Assembly (NCBI GenBank): GCA_900088475.1 | Contig: FLMG01002354.1 | Span: forward strand, 1-64,000 | DNA: 64,000 nt | From: Hyphochytrium catenoides | Lineage: Eukaryota; Protista; Hyphochytriomycota | Direction of reading: 5' to 3' | Shown here: positions 35,482-48,405 of the stretch, one piece after another | Position numbering within the stretch: the stretch's first letter is position 1 | Layout: every line of letters starts with the position of its first letter | Translations under genes and position numbers: made by a program | The notes under the pieces: generated by a model | The model's database searches: none | Told to the model about the DNA's origin: nothing | The model's input: only the letters and a program-made list of their open reading frames with translations

Positions 35482-38400
35482 ATGGACGCCAAGGGTACTC
35501 AGGGCATCCGGGCGCGGCTTAACTCCCAGCAGGAGGTGAAAGATGAGCACCAAATTGAGACTGATGCTGATGTAGGCAGAGTCTATGACAAGCTACTGAG
35601 AGGAGACTGGCATCTGATTCGTCCTGAAGAACGCGTGGAGCCGTTCTTGCCCTATCTTGTGCTGCTCATGCTTTTGCGAGATGAAGCCCACATGGACGAG
35701 GAGGAAGAGGATGCTTCCCTCGCTGAACAGGCAGCAGGCTTGGACGCCCTTCTCGTCCGCCATCCTCAGGTAGCTTATGTCACTTTGCACTCTGTCACCT
35801 TCAAGCGACGGCCTACTTAACATTATTACTCCCGACTGCAAGCCTTTCCGCGGTCGCTTCCTTCTCTCCCCTTTGCAGCTTCTGGCTCTTGCTCGTTTGC
35901 GATGAACACCTAGCATGTCGACCCTCATCTTTGCGCCTCTTCCTCGACTAATCACCTTCTATTACGTCCCTCCAAGGTCAACAAGGTCCAAGAATACCTT
36001 ACATTCGAGGCCAGGACAGCTGTCAGGTCCATACTAGAAGGCAATACTCCCTCGAATGTTCCCTTGTCAGCCTCCTGGCACTCTGTAGAGGTCTTTCCTA
36101 GCCTTTCAGCGATAGAAAAGCTCAAGAATGTCACTTCAGAGATACAACGGCTCTTACAGATAATCTCATCCCAGGAAAGCGAGGTGCCAGACCTAAAACA
36201 AAGTCTCCGCGAAGTCTCTCTGTCCCCGCTCTTGACGACCTTCATCTTCGAAGAGTTGCAAATCCTTCTCCCTGCAATCTACTTTGCAAAGGGCGAGCCT
36301 TCGTTTCTCCGTCATCTCGTGCAGCTCTGCTTTATCATGGATGACTCCAATCGTCTGCTTGTCTCTCTCTTGCTAAATTGTCCTCAAGAGCGAGCGGAGG
36401 TAGTGGAGAAGGTGTTAGAAGAGGTTAAGCACTGTCAGAGACTGTCAGGGTACCATTTCCTGGGATCTCGAGGAACTGAGTTCTTCTTCACCGTAGCCAA
36501 GATCTCTCCCAACTCTGCTTCATTCCTCAGAGCCATGCTGGTGCGGACGAAGCAGCTGCCCGACCTAATAGTCAAAATAACGGTAGAGGTGCTGGGAGAT
36601 GAAGTTTCATTCTTGGAAGAAGTTTTAGCGGACGTCCAAACAAAGGGAGATTCAAATAACAAAGTGGCGGCTCATTGGCTCCTTTCTCGCCTGGCTTCTA
36701 AGACCAAGGAGGAGAAGGGTGACGTTGACCTCTCGAAGAAGCTTTTGTCATCTCTTTCAGCTGCGGAAACGACGAGCGGGAATCTTGGGGACATAGTGAG
36801 GAGGCTCAGGTTTCTAGCAATACTCTACGGGCTCCTAGGGAAGACCTGCACTGAAGCTGAAGCGAAGAGTATTTGCCAGATCGTCGGGCAACTTTGCAAG
36901 CTCAAAGGAAACGCCACTTCCTCTTCTTCTTTTTCAAGCCCTACTACCGCGCTATTCCAGACGGCTTTCGCCCTGGTAATAATCTCAACGGCATGCAGGT
37001 TGCAGTCCAACAATGCACCGGACATGACTTACTATTCAATCGTGGATGCTACCCTTAGGTATGTTAGTTACAAGCATCCAGTGTTGCCTATCGCAATTAT
37101 CTTAGGGACTTTCTACGACTACACTCTCTTTCTCCCTCGTCATTGAAGCCGAACCACCTGCTCTCTCTGACCTGGAAGCTGCTACTGTTGAACCAATGTT
37201 ACTTACGGCTTTGGTCCGAGTCTTTCTGTTGTCTATCGGCACGGATTATCGTCAGTGGGGAGTTATCGGCCCAGTTATAACATTGCTGTTTTTCAGAGCG
37301 TTATTCAACACGGGTTCCATTCGCGGCTGCATGCTGGTGGTGGCCCTCTACTTTCATTACGGGCAATTACTTCTAGTGTTTAATCTTTTGGGAACAGCTG
37401 TCCAAGCTCGACTGGAGCACCTCAGTCCTGACGGTATAGATTGACAAGAATCCTGCTTCGTTAAACGACCTGCGTCTCTGCTCTTGAACTGGAACCTCTT
37501 CCAAAATGGGTAAACCCATCTATCACGTCATGGGTTCAGCCTCCATCTGATTGCCATATTATTCTTTCCTCTGCTTCACGGTCCTCTTAAGCCGAAGCAA
37601 TGCCTGTCCAGAAGTTCCGTCCCTCAATGATCATTTGCCACTGTTGCACCACCTTCTCTTCTTATTGTACCCCTCGTTTGTAGCCCTTCAACGTGTTGGG
37701 GATGTTCTGTACAAGCCTCTATTCACAGAAGGCGTAATCGTCAGAGAGGCGGCATCTCTTCCAGGCGTGGCTGGTAGCAGCAGGCTTGGAGAGCACGAGT
37801 TGGATGGGGAGGACGAGATTCTAGAGGCAGAGGCAACCGTCACCGTGGTCTATCTGCTCCTGAAGGAGAAGATTTTTGTAAAGAATAAGGCACGATACCT
37901 CGTATTTGTCTCCCTCCCTCTGGATCGATTATGTTATAATCTCTTGCTGCCTGCCTCCAGCTCGTGTCTTTCTTTATCTATATCCACCGAACTAAAATGT
38001 CTCAGGAAGACTGTGCATTCCCCTAAACTTGCCACTCCTTTCGCATTCCCAGGTTGACTGCAGCGGTTATATTTTGCGGCAGCTCCAAGCTTCCTCGCCA
38101 CCATCACATCCTCTAGTTCCGGAGCTACTGCTTTTATATGCCGATGCTTGCGGAGTGGAGGCCTCAGCTAGAGCGAAAGCTAAGCCGGTAAAGGCTATCT
38201 TTATGGTCTCCTTCCTCCGCTCCACCTTTGTCTGAAGGTGTTGCTCATTTGAAGTCCGTTCCTTCCTTCCGTTCAATTGAAGCTTATTGCATAGTCTTGA
38301 AGGTCTTGGATGTGGTCTGCCTCATGAACTTATTTGCTTTGGCTCCTTGTTGATGATCAGGCGGAGCCTGTTATGAATGCAATCCCTGAAGGCAGCGTGA

Positions 38401-41311
38401 AGACTATTGTGAGTTCTCTCTCTTCCCTTTTGATCATGATGGAAGATGAAGAGAACGAGAGCTTTAGAACGAGCTATTGCGCTGACGCGCAAGAAAGGTC
38501 CAAGAGAAGGCGGAAAGAGTTATATCAAGGCTCTTTGGTTGTCCTCTTTGTCCTTAAGTATTGTCAGGCCGCAGGACTGATAGGCGTTTTAAAGCTGCCT
38601 CCACAAACAGGATCGAAGGGGATTGTGGCCTATGATCTCTTTTCTTTGCCTGTCAATCTCCTTCTTCGGCGCCTTCGTTCTCCTCTCCTTGAGAAAAACA
38701 GATTCTCATGTCTAGAGGAACATATTTTCAAGTTAGCTGCAGAAACGTGTCCGTCTCTTTTCCAGGATTTTGAGTCCATTATTAGCTGTGGTGTCACACC
38801 TGCGACGACTTCTTCGAAGAGAATAGCAGCTGGCACTCTCTTGGAGGTTATCGTCCAGAGTAATTCCAATAGCGATTGGAAAGAGAAAGTGACGAGAGTT
38901 TTCTCTCTCACTACAACCTCCGTTTCCTCACGCGATCGGACGGCTAGGATTCTGGTGTTGAAGGAAGCAGTCAATGCGCCATTACTCCGGGCAAACCAAG
39001 TACTGGAAATTGCGCTCGAATTTCTGTCAGATGCTCTTGAAGTGGATAGAGAGGAGGAGCTGTGCGGCCTGGCTGAGGCAATACAAATGCTTTGGAAGCG
39101 GGTCATTCCTTTGCATCCCTCGCCCTCCGTTTTGAGACTAAGGTTGGCAAGTGCTCTATGTCAATTGCCGTTCGAGAAGGATAAAACCTTCAGAGAAGTT
39201 GTTATGGTAAGTAAGGCTCAAGAAAGCCCGGCGGTCAGCGGATAAGGGGAAAGCAGGGAGTCATCAGAGCGTGCGCGATTGGTAGTTAGAGGCTAGAGGC
39301 ATCGACGAAGAAAGGTGTGGAACGCTTTTTTAGCAAGAGAGAGAGAGAGAGGGACAAGTTGCTTATTTTGGCCTATTACGTCCCCAGTGTCTGCTTTGAG
39401 AGCGGGAGATCAAAGATTCTTCAAGTTAGATGAAACAGAACCAACACGAAGACAGAACATTTTGACATAAACTGAGGACGGAGGAGAGGGAGGATTAAGC
39501 TAACATCGTTTTCTTCGACCTAATATCGCGGCATTATGTAGGACCCTAGCCAACTCCTCAGCTGCTCCCATGTGGTGCTTCGCAATCCGAGACTATTGGA
39601 GCTACTGCTCTCGGTGCTGCATTTCTTCATTTTTGAGGCAAGACACTGGCACCAGGGATTGGTAAGGGAGCAGAGGTAGAAGAAGGGCAAGGACAAGACA
39701 GATTGCCTTTGATGTGCCTCTTAGTACTTCATTCGATAATTGCCCGAGACTTCCATAGTGTCAACTAATTTACACTGCATATGTAGGCAAGAGCCCTGGA
39801 ATCGTCAACTGATAAGGCTGCTGAGGGTGGGCAGGGCAATAATGCGGATCCGGCAGAGGCTTCGCCGGCATCTTCACTTCCATTGCTCCAGGAAAGTCTG
39901 ATCATCCATGGTCTCATAGAGCTCTGTGAAGGGCCAAGAAGGACGGAGACCGACCCGACAGAAGAACTACAGAAGGGTGAGGAGTTACTGTCGGAGGAGC
40001 TGCGGTTAGAAGCCATTCGGGATGTCGTTTGCAGATTCTTGGGACGGCTCTTTGTAGAGAACCCAACCGTGATGAAGCTAGTCCACTTCCAGGTAGGAGT
40101 TGTCGCTCCTCTGTCTAGGGCTTACCAAGCCTTCCGTGGGGTTCAATCTGATCACAACATTTTGCGACTTCTGGTCTGCCCTCCTCTTCTCCAAGTTTGC
40201 TGTTAGAGCTCATTTGTATACTTTAGTTTGTACGTGTGCTGAGAATCGCTCTTTCTAATCTCAGGGTTATGACCGAAGCCTGCTACCAGTCTTGCTGCGG
40301 GGAATCCCTACCTTGCAGAGGCTTGGCCCTTTGCTTTCTGACTTCCTTCTTGGTCCCTCCGAACTAGAGTAGGTCCTCGTTATCTGGGAACACCTCCCTT
40401 TGGCCCACACAGAAATGTCCTGTTGCGGGTTTCCTGCTCTTCTCATGGCCTAGCATGAGCATATGCACTATATCGCAATCCTGATCTGACTCTATTTTTG
40501 TAAGCAGCCTTATGGTTGTGACCGCTCCACGACTCACGCGGATTCAGTGTATCCTGATCATCGCTGACAAAGCCTTTCTTTTCTTTTGTGACTGTTCGCC
40601 TCTTTGAAAAAGCTTGGTCAGCAGTAGCTTTGTCACTAGACCTGCCTTAGCTCTGGTCTCTCTCTTTCATCTTTCACCTTGTCCTTACACTTGTGGGACA
40701 GGAATCTCAGGTGACCCTCGTCTGCTCCTTCATTCGTCTATGTAGGGAGGAACAACTTCTCTTTCAGTTGACCTTCATTGCGGAGTTTGTCACCAGATAT
40801 CCGGAGGCTACGTTCAAGAAGCACGCAAAGGCTGTTATTCGGATTCTGCGAACTTATTGCACCGAAGTTCTCAGGTATAGCCGATGCTGAAAGGGGCTAG
40901 TGAAGGGGTTACGCCGAGAGAACTAAAAGGCGGGCCAAGGGATCGTCCAATGATATGTCTGACTGGGACAATGCCAGTCATATTCAATATCGGAAGATGA
41001 CATCTGGAGAGGAAATGAGGGCCAACGACTAGAGAGCTGAAAGCGCTGACCCATACTCCTGCTCCTCTTTTCTTAGTGGCGATTGTCGCTCCACATCCAG
41101 ACCGCGGTACTTCCTGTTGCAGTCCCTGCCATCTCTCCCCCCTATTTGTCACGCCTACCCTGACTTGAGCACAATTACTGTGGAGCTACTCCTAGAATTT
41201 AAACCGGGAGGTATGTTTGAGGCGCTGGTGCCAGCATCTGAAGAGGATTCGCTACAGAGAAAGGTTTTAGAGACCTTTAAAGCCCTTGTCCAGGGGCAGT
41301 TCATGCTGTAG
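35482..41311 (+). CDS. INTS2: Integrator complex subunit 2 homolog (multi-exon)
   Basis: Motifs resembling INTS2: EPFLPYLVLL, LLKEKIFVKNK|VDCSGYILRQLQASSPPSHPLVPELL, LLQESLIIHGLIELC, VCRFLGRLFVENPTVMKLVHFQ|GYDRSLLPVLLRGIPTL, and SLPPICHAYPDL near the end. Confidence 0.82.
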
Positions 41312-41709
41312 GATGGGTGGAGGGCCAAGGAACAGAAGCCGACACCGTCTGGCTGTAAGCTATCCCTCGCCAACCGTATCCCGAAGCGCTTCAACTGCCG
41401 AGATTCGCAGCTCCAGCAAACCTAGAAGCCCTTCTATGGGGGGGGTGTGAGTGTTCACGCCCAAAGGCCTTATCAAGCACTGGTAAACATCAGTGAAGGC
41501 TTTTCTTCTCTATCGCTGCCACGGTTTGACTCTTTTGGGGTGGAAGCGTTCGTAACCCCAGGAGATATTAAAACGGTTTAGACCGCAGGAGATTCCAGGG
41601 CTACCAAGAGTAGAATAACCGCTGCAGGCCTCTAATTTATTCATTTTAGATCATCCTTGTGTCCTTTGAGAGGCCTCGTGCACGGCACTAAGCTCTAGCT
41701 AACCAAAAG

Positions 41710-44700
41710 CTAGTGACCCTGTTCCTTCTTCTTACCGCTTCCTGACACGATGTCGTCAATACGAAGGAGCATGCACGATGCCTAGTTTGAGAAAAGAGAG
41801 CAACAAATGTCAGCCACTTCGACGCTCTTAAGTGTAGTCTCCCGGTTAATCGGTCCTTTCAATCTATCGAGTAGCACTTCTCTTAAGTTTACCTCGATAG
41901 CGGTCTTGATAGTCTGGCTTTTAACGACAAAAGGCTCCCATATGCCCAGGTCATTCATATCAGCTAGCACACCCTTGGTTCCATCGATGCCCCACGTCGG
42001 ATTGGCGCCGTTTGCATGCTTGGCCTGCAATTAAGGAGGCAAATGACAAGACGAGTGGATGTAACGAGAAGGCTAGTGAGAAACTCAGAGCTATTAAGTT
42101 GCTGGAAGACCACAGGCAACAAGAGGGAGATAACGCCGATCACGTCATGGAGATATGCAAATCATGTTATGGAGATATGAGGAAGATTTTCTACATACAA
42201 GGACGTTATAGAGTAAGAGAGAATAGAACAGGAAAGCATGGTGTCAGATATCCGGAAGGTATAACTTGGCAAAAGGAAAGGCTGAGAGATTTAAGCAAGA
42301 GACTCCTCTGAAGGTCAGTCCTACCCTGAGCTGTGTCATAATCCGCACAGTATCAGCCCCACAGTTCTCACACAATGTCCTTGGAATGACTTCCAGAGCC
42401 TAGAGAATGCGTGTCAGTTTAAATGAGAGTCACTTATGATGCTTTCGGTTGGCCCCATGTTTATGAAGGCCTGCTCTTCGTCTATACGTGTGCTTCTGTG
42501 TCTATCCAACTGTTGGTATATGTGCTGCAAAGTGAAGTACCACTCCCTCTCTGTTTTTTCTTATCACGCCTTGTGTCGAATACGCTCCTTTCATGATTGT
42601 TGAGCGTTCTTCAGCTTCACCCCCTGTCGTACCTGTCCAATAGCCCGGAATGGCCATTGCTCCACGCCTTCAACGCTCTGCGCTGCCGTCGAGATGGCAG
42701 CAGCAACGCTCATTTCGGTGGCCCCACCTAGAGCGAAAGAGAGCAACGAAGACTTAGCACCCTAGACCGTGGCCAGGTGACCAAGTTCGCAAAAGTAGAC
42801 AATCTACTAGCCAGGTCTGAATGATAGAGAGTATATTGAGAACAATAGAGCGACAATTAAAGGACATCGCCTACCGCGGGCATGCGAGTAACAAATGACT
42901 ATGGAGGTTAAAGCCAACTATGACCTAACGCGCCAAGCTGCCCATGAAAGTATAGTGGGAGGATGGAAGAGGTAACAGAGAATGGCAAGGAATGCTGCCA
43001 CGGTAGCGGCACGGGACTCACCGCCAGGTAGGAGCAAAGGCTCGAAGACCACGTTCCTCGCCACCAGCATGGCATCTTGCAGGTTTCTCTCAACTTCATT
43101 AAGGACGTCCTTGCTCCCTCCTCTGAGGAGGATGGTGCATGCCTTGGGGTCCTTGCACTTCTCAAAGAAAGCAAAATATTCGTCTCCAATCTTACGAACC
43201 TGTACACAAGACCAGAATAAGGGAGAGACTAAGGTCCAAGAGACGAGAAGGACATAAATTCTGTAAGGATAGGAGAAATCTCGGGAAGAGATTACTGCAG
43301 GTTCTGAGAGATTTAGGCCAGCAGCGCAACTACTTTTTCTATAAAAGTTATAAGAGAGCGAGAGGTCACCCCGACAATACATACCTCGAAGAGGCCACAT
43401 CCAGTCCCTATATCTGACTCCTGAATCTCATCCGTTCTGTTGACGATAGTGGCGCCAACAGCACGAGCAACACGGTTGTTATCAGTCTTACGTAGACGGC
43501 GAAGGGCAGTGATATTGGCCTTAACGAAATAATGCTGAGCCAGGTCTAGACATAAAGAGCAGAACGTTAGCCAACAAGGAACTAGAAACAAGGTCTATGA
43601 GCTTGACCTCACCTGAAATGCCTTTCTCTGTGATGACAATATCAGGCTTGAAAGCAACGATCTCCGCGCACATCTTCTCAATGTACTCTTCCTCCATTCG
43701 TAGAATAGTGTTGAAGTCCTCTTCCTTCGTCATCTCTAGGTTGGCCTGGGTCTCTGTCTTCTTATACTCCAGAGGGCAATCTAGGAGCAGTACACGAGGG
43801 TTCTCAATACGCCTACATAAGAGAAAGAAAGAGCAGAGGTCAGTCCCTCTGCTTCACACTATATCTTTTGGCATTCCGTTCCGCGCTCTTTTAGTCCGTA
43901 GCATCTCCAAGCTTTCCTTTGGCCCTACCCACGTTGTTATCAGGCCAACCTTCGGGCATTGAGCTCTTTGCTTACCGTCTCATCTTAGGATGGGTAATAT
44001 CCTTGTTGAACATGACGCCATCGATCACACGGCAATCTTCCAATTCGCCGCCTGGGATCTGACGGATCGCAGAATGGAAAGTGGTAAGAGGCCAAGGATA
44101 TCTACATCTGCTGAACGGAGAGGGCACCTTTTCAACTTTCGCATAGCGCTTGATGTCCACCTCCTTGCGTCCCCCCTGGAGGTCTCTGGCTACCCTGCGG
44201 ACTGCCTGGAATGCGAGGTCGCACATCAGGTTGCCCCATCTGGAGCTAAACTTTGTGCCGATCGAAGAGGAAATGATTTTGCGCATCTGCTCTGGGTCCT
44301 CAATGTCTACAGGCTTGGCCAGCTTTTTCATCACCTTCAGTAGCAAGAGGCGGAAGGTTAGAAGCGGAGGAAGGGGTGGAGATCAAGAGAGAACTGAGTT
44401 GGTCTAGTTCTAGAATTCCCCTTAGAGGTCCATGACTAAGCACGCACCTCTATCGCATGCTGCAACGCCTTGTTATATCCTCGGACAATGACTGTGGGAT
44501 GCATATTTCTATGCAATAATGGCTCAGCGAGCACCAGAAGCTCGCCAGCTGCGTAGTTGTACACAATGGTCAGAATTTCCGCTAATGAATCATCATCAAA
44601 GCCGCCACTTACCAAGAATGATCACAGATGTGGTCCCGTCTCCCACTTCCTCGTCCTGGGCCCTACTCAGCTCTATCATGCTCTTTCCCGCTGGATGTGC

Positions 44701-45053
44701 AATATCAATCTCACGAAGAATAGCGTGACCGTCATTCGTCATTACTACTCCGCCCATAGGGTCCAACAGCATCTTCAACATTGACCGCGGGCCTAGGGTC
44801 GTTCGGATGATATCCGAGACAGCCTGCCAGAACTTCCTTTAACTGAAGCTCCTGCAAGAAAAAGACAGCAGGTCTAGCTTACCTTAGCTGCGGCAATGTT
44901 ACCAAGCTGCGCTGTGCGCCCTGTTTCCCTCCTGGTCTTTGCATCTGACAGAACAGGGACAAAGTCGGTCAGTTTTAAGCAGTAGCGGAAGTTTGAGTCA
45001 CTAGGAGACTATATAACAACAGGCTTACTTAGTACTACCACGGGAGCCTGCAT
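41710..45053 (-). CDS. CCT3: T-complex protein 1 subunit gamma (13 exons)
   Basis: MQAPVVVLNAKTRRETGR..AQLGNIAAAKAVSDIIRTTLGPRSMLKMLLDPMGG..TNDG..QDEEVGDGTTSVIILAGE..DIKRYAKVEKIPGG..LLRIDDIVSG. All 12 introns GT-AG and in phase. Confidence 0.97.
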
Positions 45054-45731
45054 GCTTCCTTTGCCTGGCGTTATGACAGCTGGAACCGTTCAATGCTCTC
45101 CAGCCTTGTATTTACTTCGTAGAGCACACGAATCAGCAGCTCAAGGCTCCAAAGTGAGAGAGAACGTAGAGCTTCATCAGAAGGTGCAGCTTGCTTGTCT
45201 GTCTGTTGGTGGCAAGGATTCGACGGCAAAGAAGCTTTGGATTTTCGCTGTGTGAGGCGATGATGCGAAGATTGACAAAATGAGGCTGTATGAGACGTAT
45301 TACTACTGCACTCACAAAGGGCGCCCTCAAAGTGTAGAGCTTAAGCTGTGGACGTACTACTGCAGAAGGAGTCCGCTAACGTAGGAAACCTATTGATAAC
45401 CTTAAAGGGATTAACCAGTCTGGCAAAATATTGATATCCCGATGCTCTGATTTCGGTTCTTGTTGAGATTATTGTTGATGATGGGGGACCATAATAAAGG
45501 CCTATGAAGACCATAAAGGCCTATCTATGAAGGTGTTGTTGGTTGGACTGTGGAGCTCTCACCTCTTCCATCCAATCCAGCTCTCTTAACGCATCTCCCG
45601 ATTGCCATGGGAAGACGTGACAGGGTTCTACATAATGGGAGTAGAGATAAGATTTGAATTGATACTTATTATTTTACTATATGGGCACACGGGCGGCTGC
45701 CATCATACATTAGCAATAGTGGGAATAAATA

Positions 45732-46813
45732 CTAGGCGTCGGTCGGAGGAGGCTTGTTATTCGGTGAAGGGATGTTGAGCTTCTCCGCCAGAAACTCCGT
45801 GTACATTTGACGCTCTTTCTCAAGCAGCTCACGATTCTTGAGGTCAGATCGGCAGAAGAGAATACCACCCGAAGTGTCAAACGTGAAGCACTTGTCAATA
45901 ATAAGGTATATGGTAGAACGCTCACCTGTGTCCGCCGGTACTCCTCCTTGTCTTGTTTTCTTTGCCTCTCAGCTCTTTGTGCAGCCTAGAGGGGCGGAGG
46001 CAAAACGCGTTAAAGCCCGCTGGTCAGCACCAACCGCCAAGCAACAAACTCTACCAGCATATCCTGCTTTCTGTGGGCATTTGTCTTTTCAAGATCATAC
46101 AGGGCCTTTAAACGCTTCTCTTCCATTTGAATAGCCCTCTTTTCTTTGCGTAGGGTTTCCAGATCTGCCTCTTGCTGAAGTGCCTGATAAATTTTAGGAG
46201 TTCTAGTTTAGCACAGTCCCTTGACACTTGCCTCCCACTGCATACACTGTATACAAAGCTCACATACCTGCAAAATTATGTCGTTTTTGACCTTTTCCTT
46301 TCTTTGCTGAACTACTTTCTGGCGTCTTGATTCTTCTCTAAGCCTCATCCGATGCTCCTACACCCTTTGACCCTCAGATGACGTTTATATATTCAGAGAT
46401 AGCGTAGATATCTTACCTCATCTATCCTTTCTTGTTCTGCCAGTAGGTCTACTCTGAACGGACTCTTCTGTAGTTTGGATTGCCACTTCTGGGATTGCTT
46501 TTGCTTGTTCATTACTTTCATTTCCCTTTGTGCTTTCTCCTCATTCAGCATCTTTTCCTTTGTCTTATGTCTCAAGTCAATCTTCTCATGCATAATATCA
46601 GACGATGAGCGTTCTAAGGCCAAACTTGTAACCTAGTGTGAGTTTGCAAAGCATTATGGTCATCATCGCGCAGTATACTCTCATACCTTTTCGGACTGCT
46701 GAGACGAAGTCCCTTCATTTGACCGGCTGAGGCGGAGTCTTAGTTACACAACCATACGCCGATGCAATGCCAGACAGAACCTCACCTAGAGCTCCGGTGT
46801 TCTTGCTCGACAT
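45732..46813 (-). CDS. Conserved-looking E/K/R-rich coiled-coil protein (7 exons)
   Basis: Phased exons MSSKNTGAL..|..KSPFRVDLLAEQERIDE|EHRMRLREE..KNDIILQ|ALQQEADLETLRKEKRAIQMEEKRLKALYDLEKT..KQDML|AAQRAERQRK..|NRELLEK..DA*. Confidence 0.75.
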
Positions 46814-47510
46814 CCTTCAGGGCACGCTTAATGCTTCCCAACCCCTCCGATTCTGAAGCCCCGACTAGTTTCTCCTCGCGGCAGACGGAGATCTAAAACT
46901 GCGGACTAACCCTTGTTTGTAGCTGGCCACTCTGAAGCTTCAGAATGCTCGATGATGTTGAACTCACGTGCCCATCAACACACATTGTAACAGCTCCCTT
47001 TAAAGCACCGCACTTTAGCCGGTAACGATAATCAGCTCTATCATCTTCTCTATTGTGCAGGAGGTCGAAGGGGAGCTCTGTAAGGCCAGGGTCTTTAATC
47101 CCATCATGTGAGTTAAAAATCAATGAGTGATTCTGGTACTTCTGTGTTCCTACTCCCTACTCCTCGTAGTGGTGATGAGTTGAGTTGATGGCTATTGAGA
47201 GAGGCCAATCTGTGAGGCTTTGTAGGGAGGAGACAGAAGAAAGAGCATCAGAATCAGCATCAGAAGTCTGCCGCCTGCTCTTTCAAGAGACGCTCTTCGT
47301 TGGCCAGCTCCCGTTTCGGGTCCAAGCCCTTCTTTCTTGTATGATCGTCATGGCCTATAGTTAGTAAGGTTGGGTGTGGCCGGTAAGCTTTGTCGGGCAT
47401 CATGGTTTGACGTTTCGACATATGCCACCGCCTCGGACTCCTGGGTCAAGAGTGGACACTTAGTCAAGTAGTCGGCATTCCGAAGAGGTGTTAGCAGTAC
47501 GAGATCGGAT

Positions 47511-48369
47511 ATGGCAGACCAAACCGTAATAATCTCGGATGATATCCAGATACTGCTCTCCGAAACTCTAGATGAAGATCAACTGGCTCCTGTCTTCTCG
47601 GACACATGGACCGGAAGCCAGGTTCAGAGCAAATCTCCATTACAAGTTAGTAGTACACTCACCTCTAACGTCACTTGCGTAGATCTGGCATGCGTCAAAG
47701 CTACTTTGCGAGTACCTCCACACAGTCGAAGAGTGGCATAAGAGGATATCACCCGTTGATAGGGTTATTGAGCTTGGAAGTGGCTGGTAAAGTGTGGAAC
47801 TGCGGCTTACTAAACACTATCATAAGTGGGGATGACCCAATGGCCTTTCACGTCCCTCCAGCGGCCTTTGCGGAATTTATGCAGCAAGGCTAGGCGCACA
47901 GGTGGTCTTGACGGATCAACAGGAGATAGTCCCACTCCTGAGGAAGAACATTGCACTTAATTTCTGTGCAGACAGTGCTACAACTAGCATAGTAGCTATC
48001 GGTTACCTATGGGGCACTACATGGCCAGAGTCCATGCCAACTTTTCAAAGGCCATCTCACATTCTCATCTCAGATTGTAGGAACTGTCATCTTTTACGCC
48101 CGTCGTATTTTTCTTTGTCTGACACATGCTGGGCAGGTATCAATCCCATTTATGGCGCGGAATCCTGGAGAAAGTTAGCAGACAGCATCGTGGCACTAGC
48201 ACATGAGGAGACTGAAGTGTTCATGTCCCACCAGGTGCGAGGCGGGGACGAAGCGTTTGCCGAATTCTGCAGTTATAGTCGCCAGGTCCTACATACCAAG
48301 CTCGTCCACACGTATTCCAGGGATGGAGACATTATTTTGATTCATAAACTAAGCATTATATCTGCCTAG
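47511..48369 (+). CDS. Class I SAM-dependent protein lysine methyltransferase (METTL21/Methyltransf_16 family; 4 exons)
   Basis: WTGSQ|IWHASKLLCEYL, VIELGSGCGLCGIYAARLGAQVVLTDQ, LLRKNIALN, YLWG, ILISDCINPIYG. Confidence 0.88.
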
Positions 48370-48405
48370 CCTTACAACCTTGTGTTGGTCCATATGCTAG
48401 CCACT

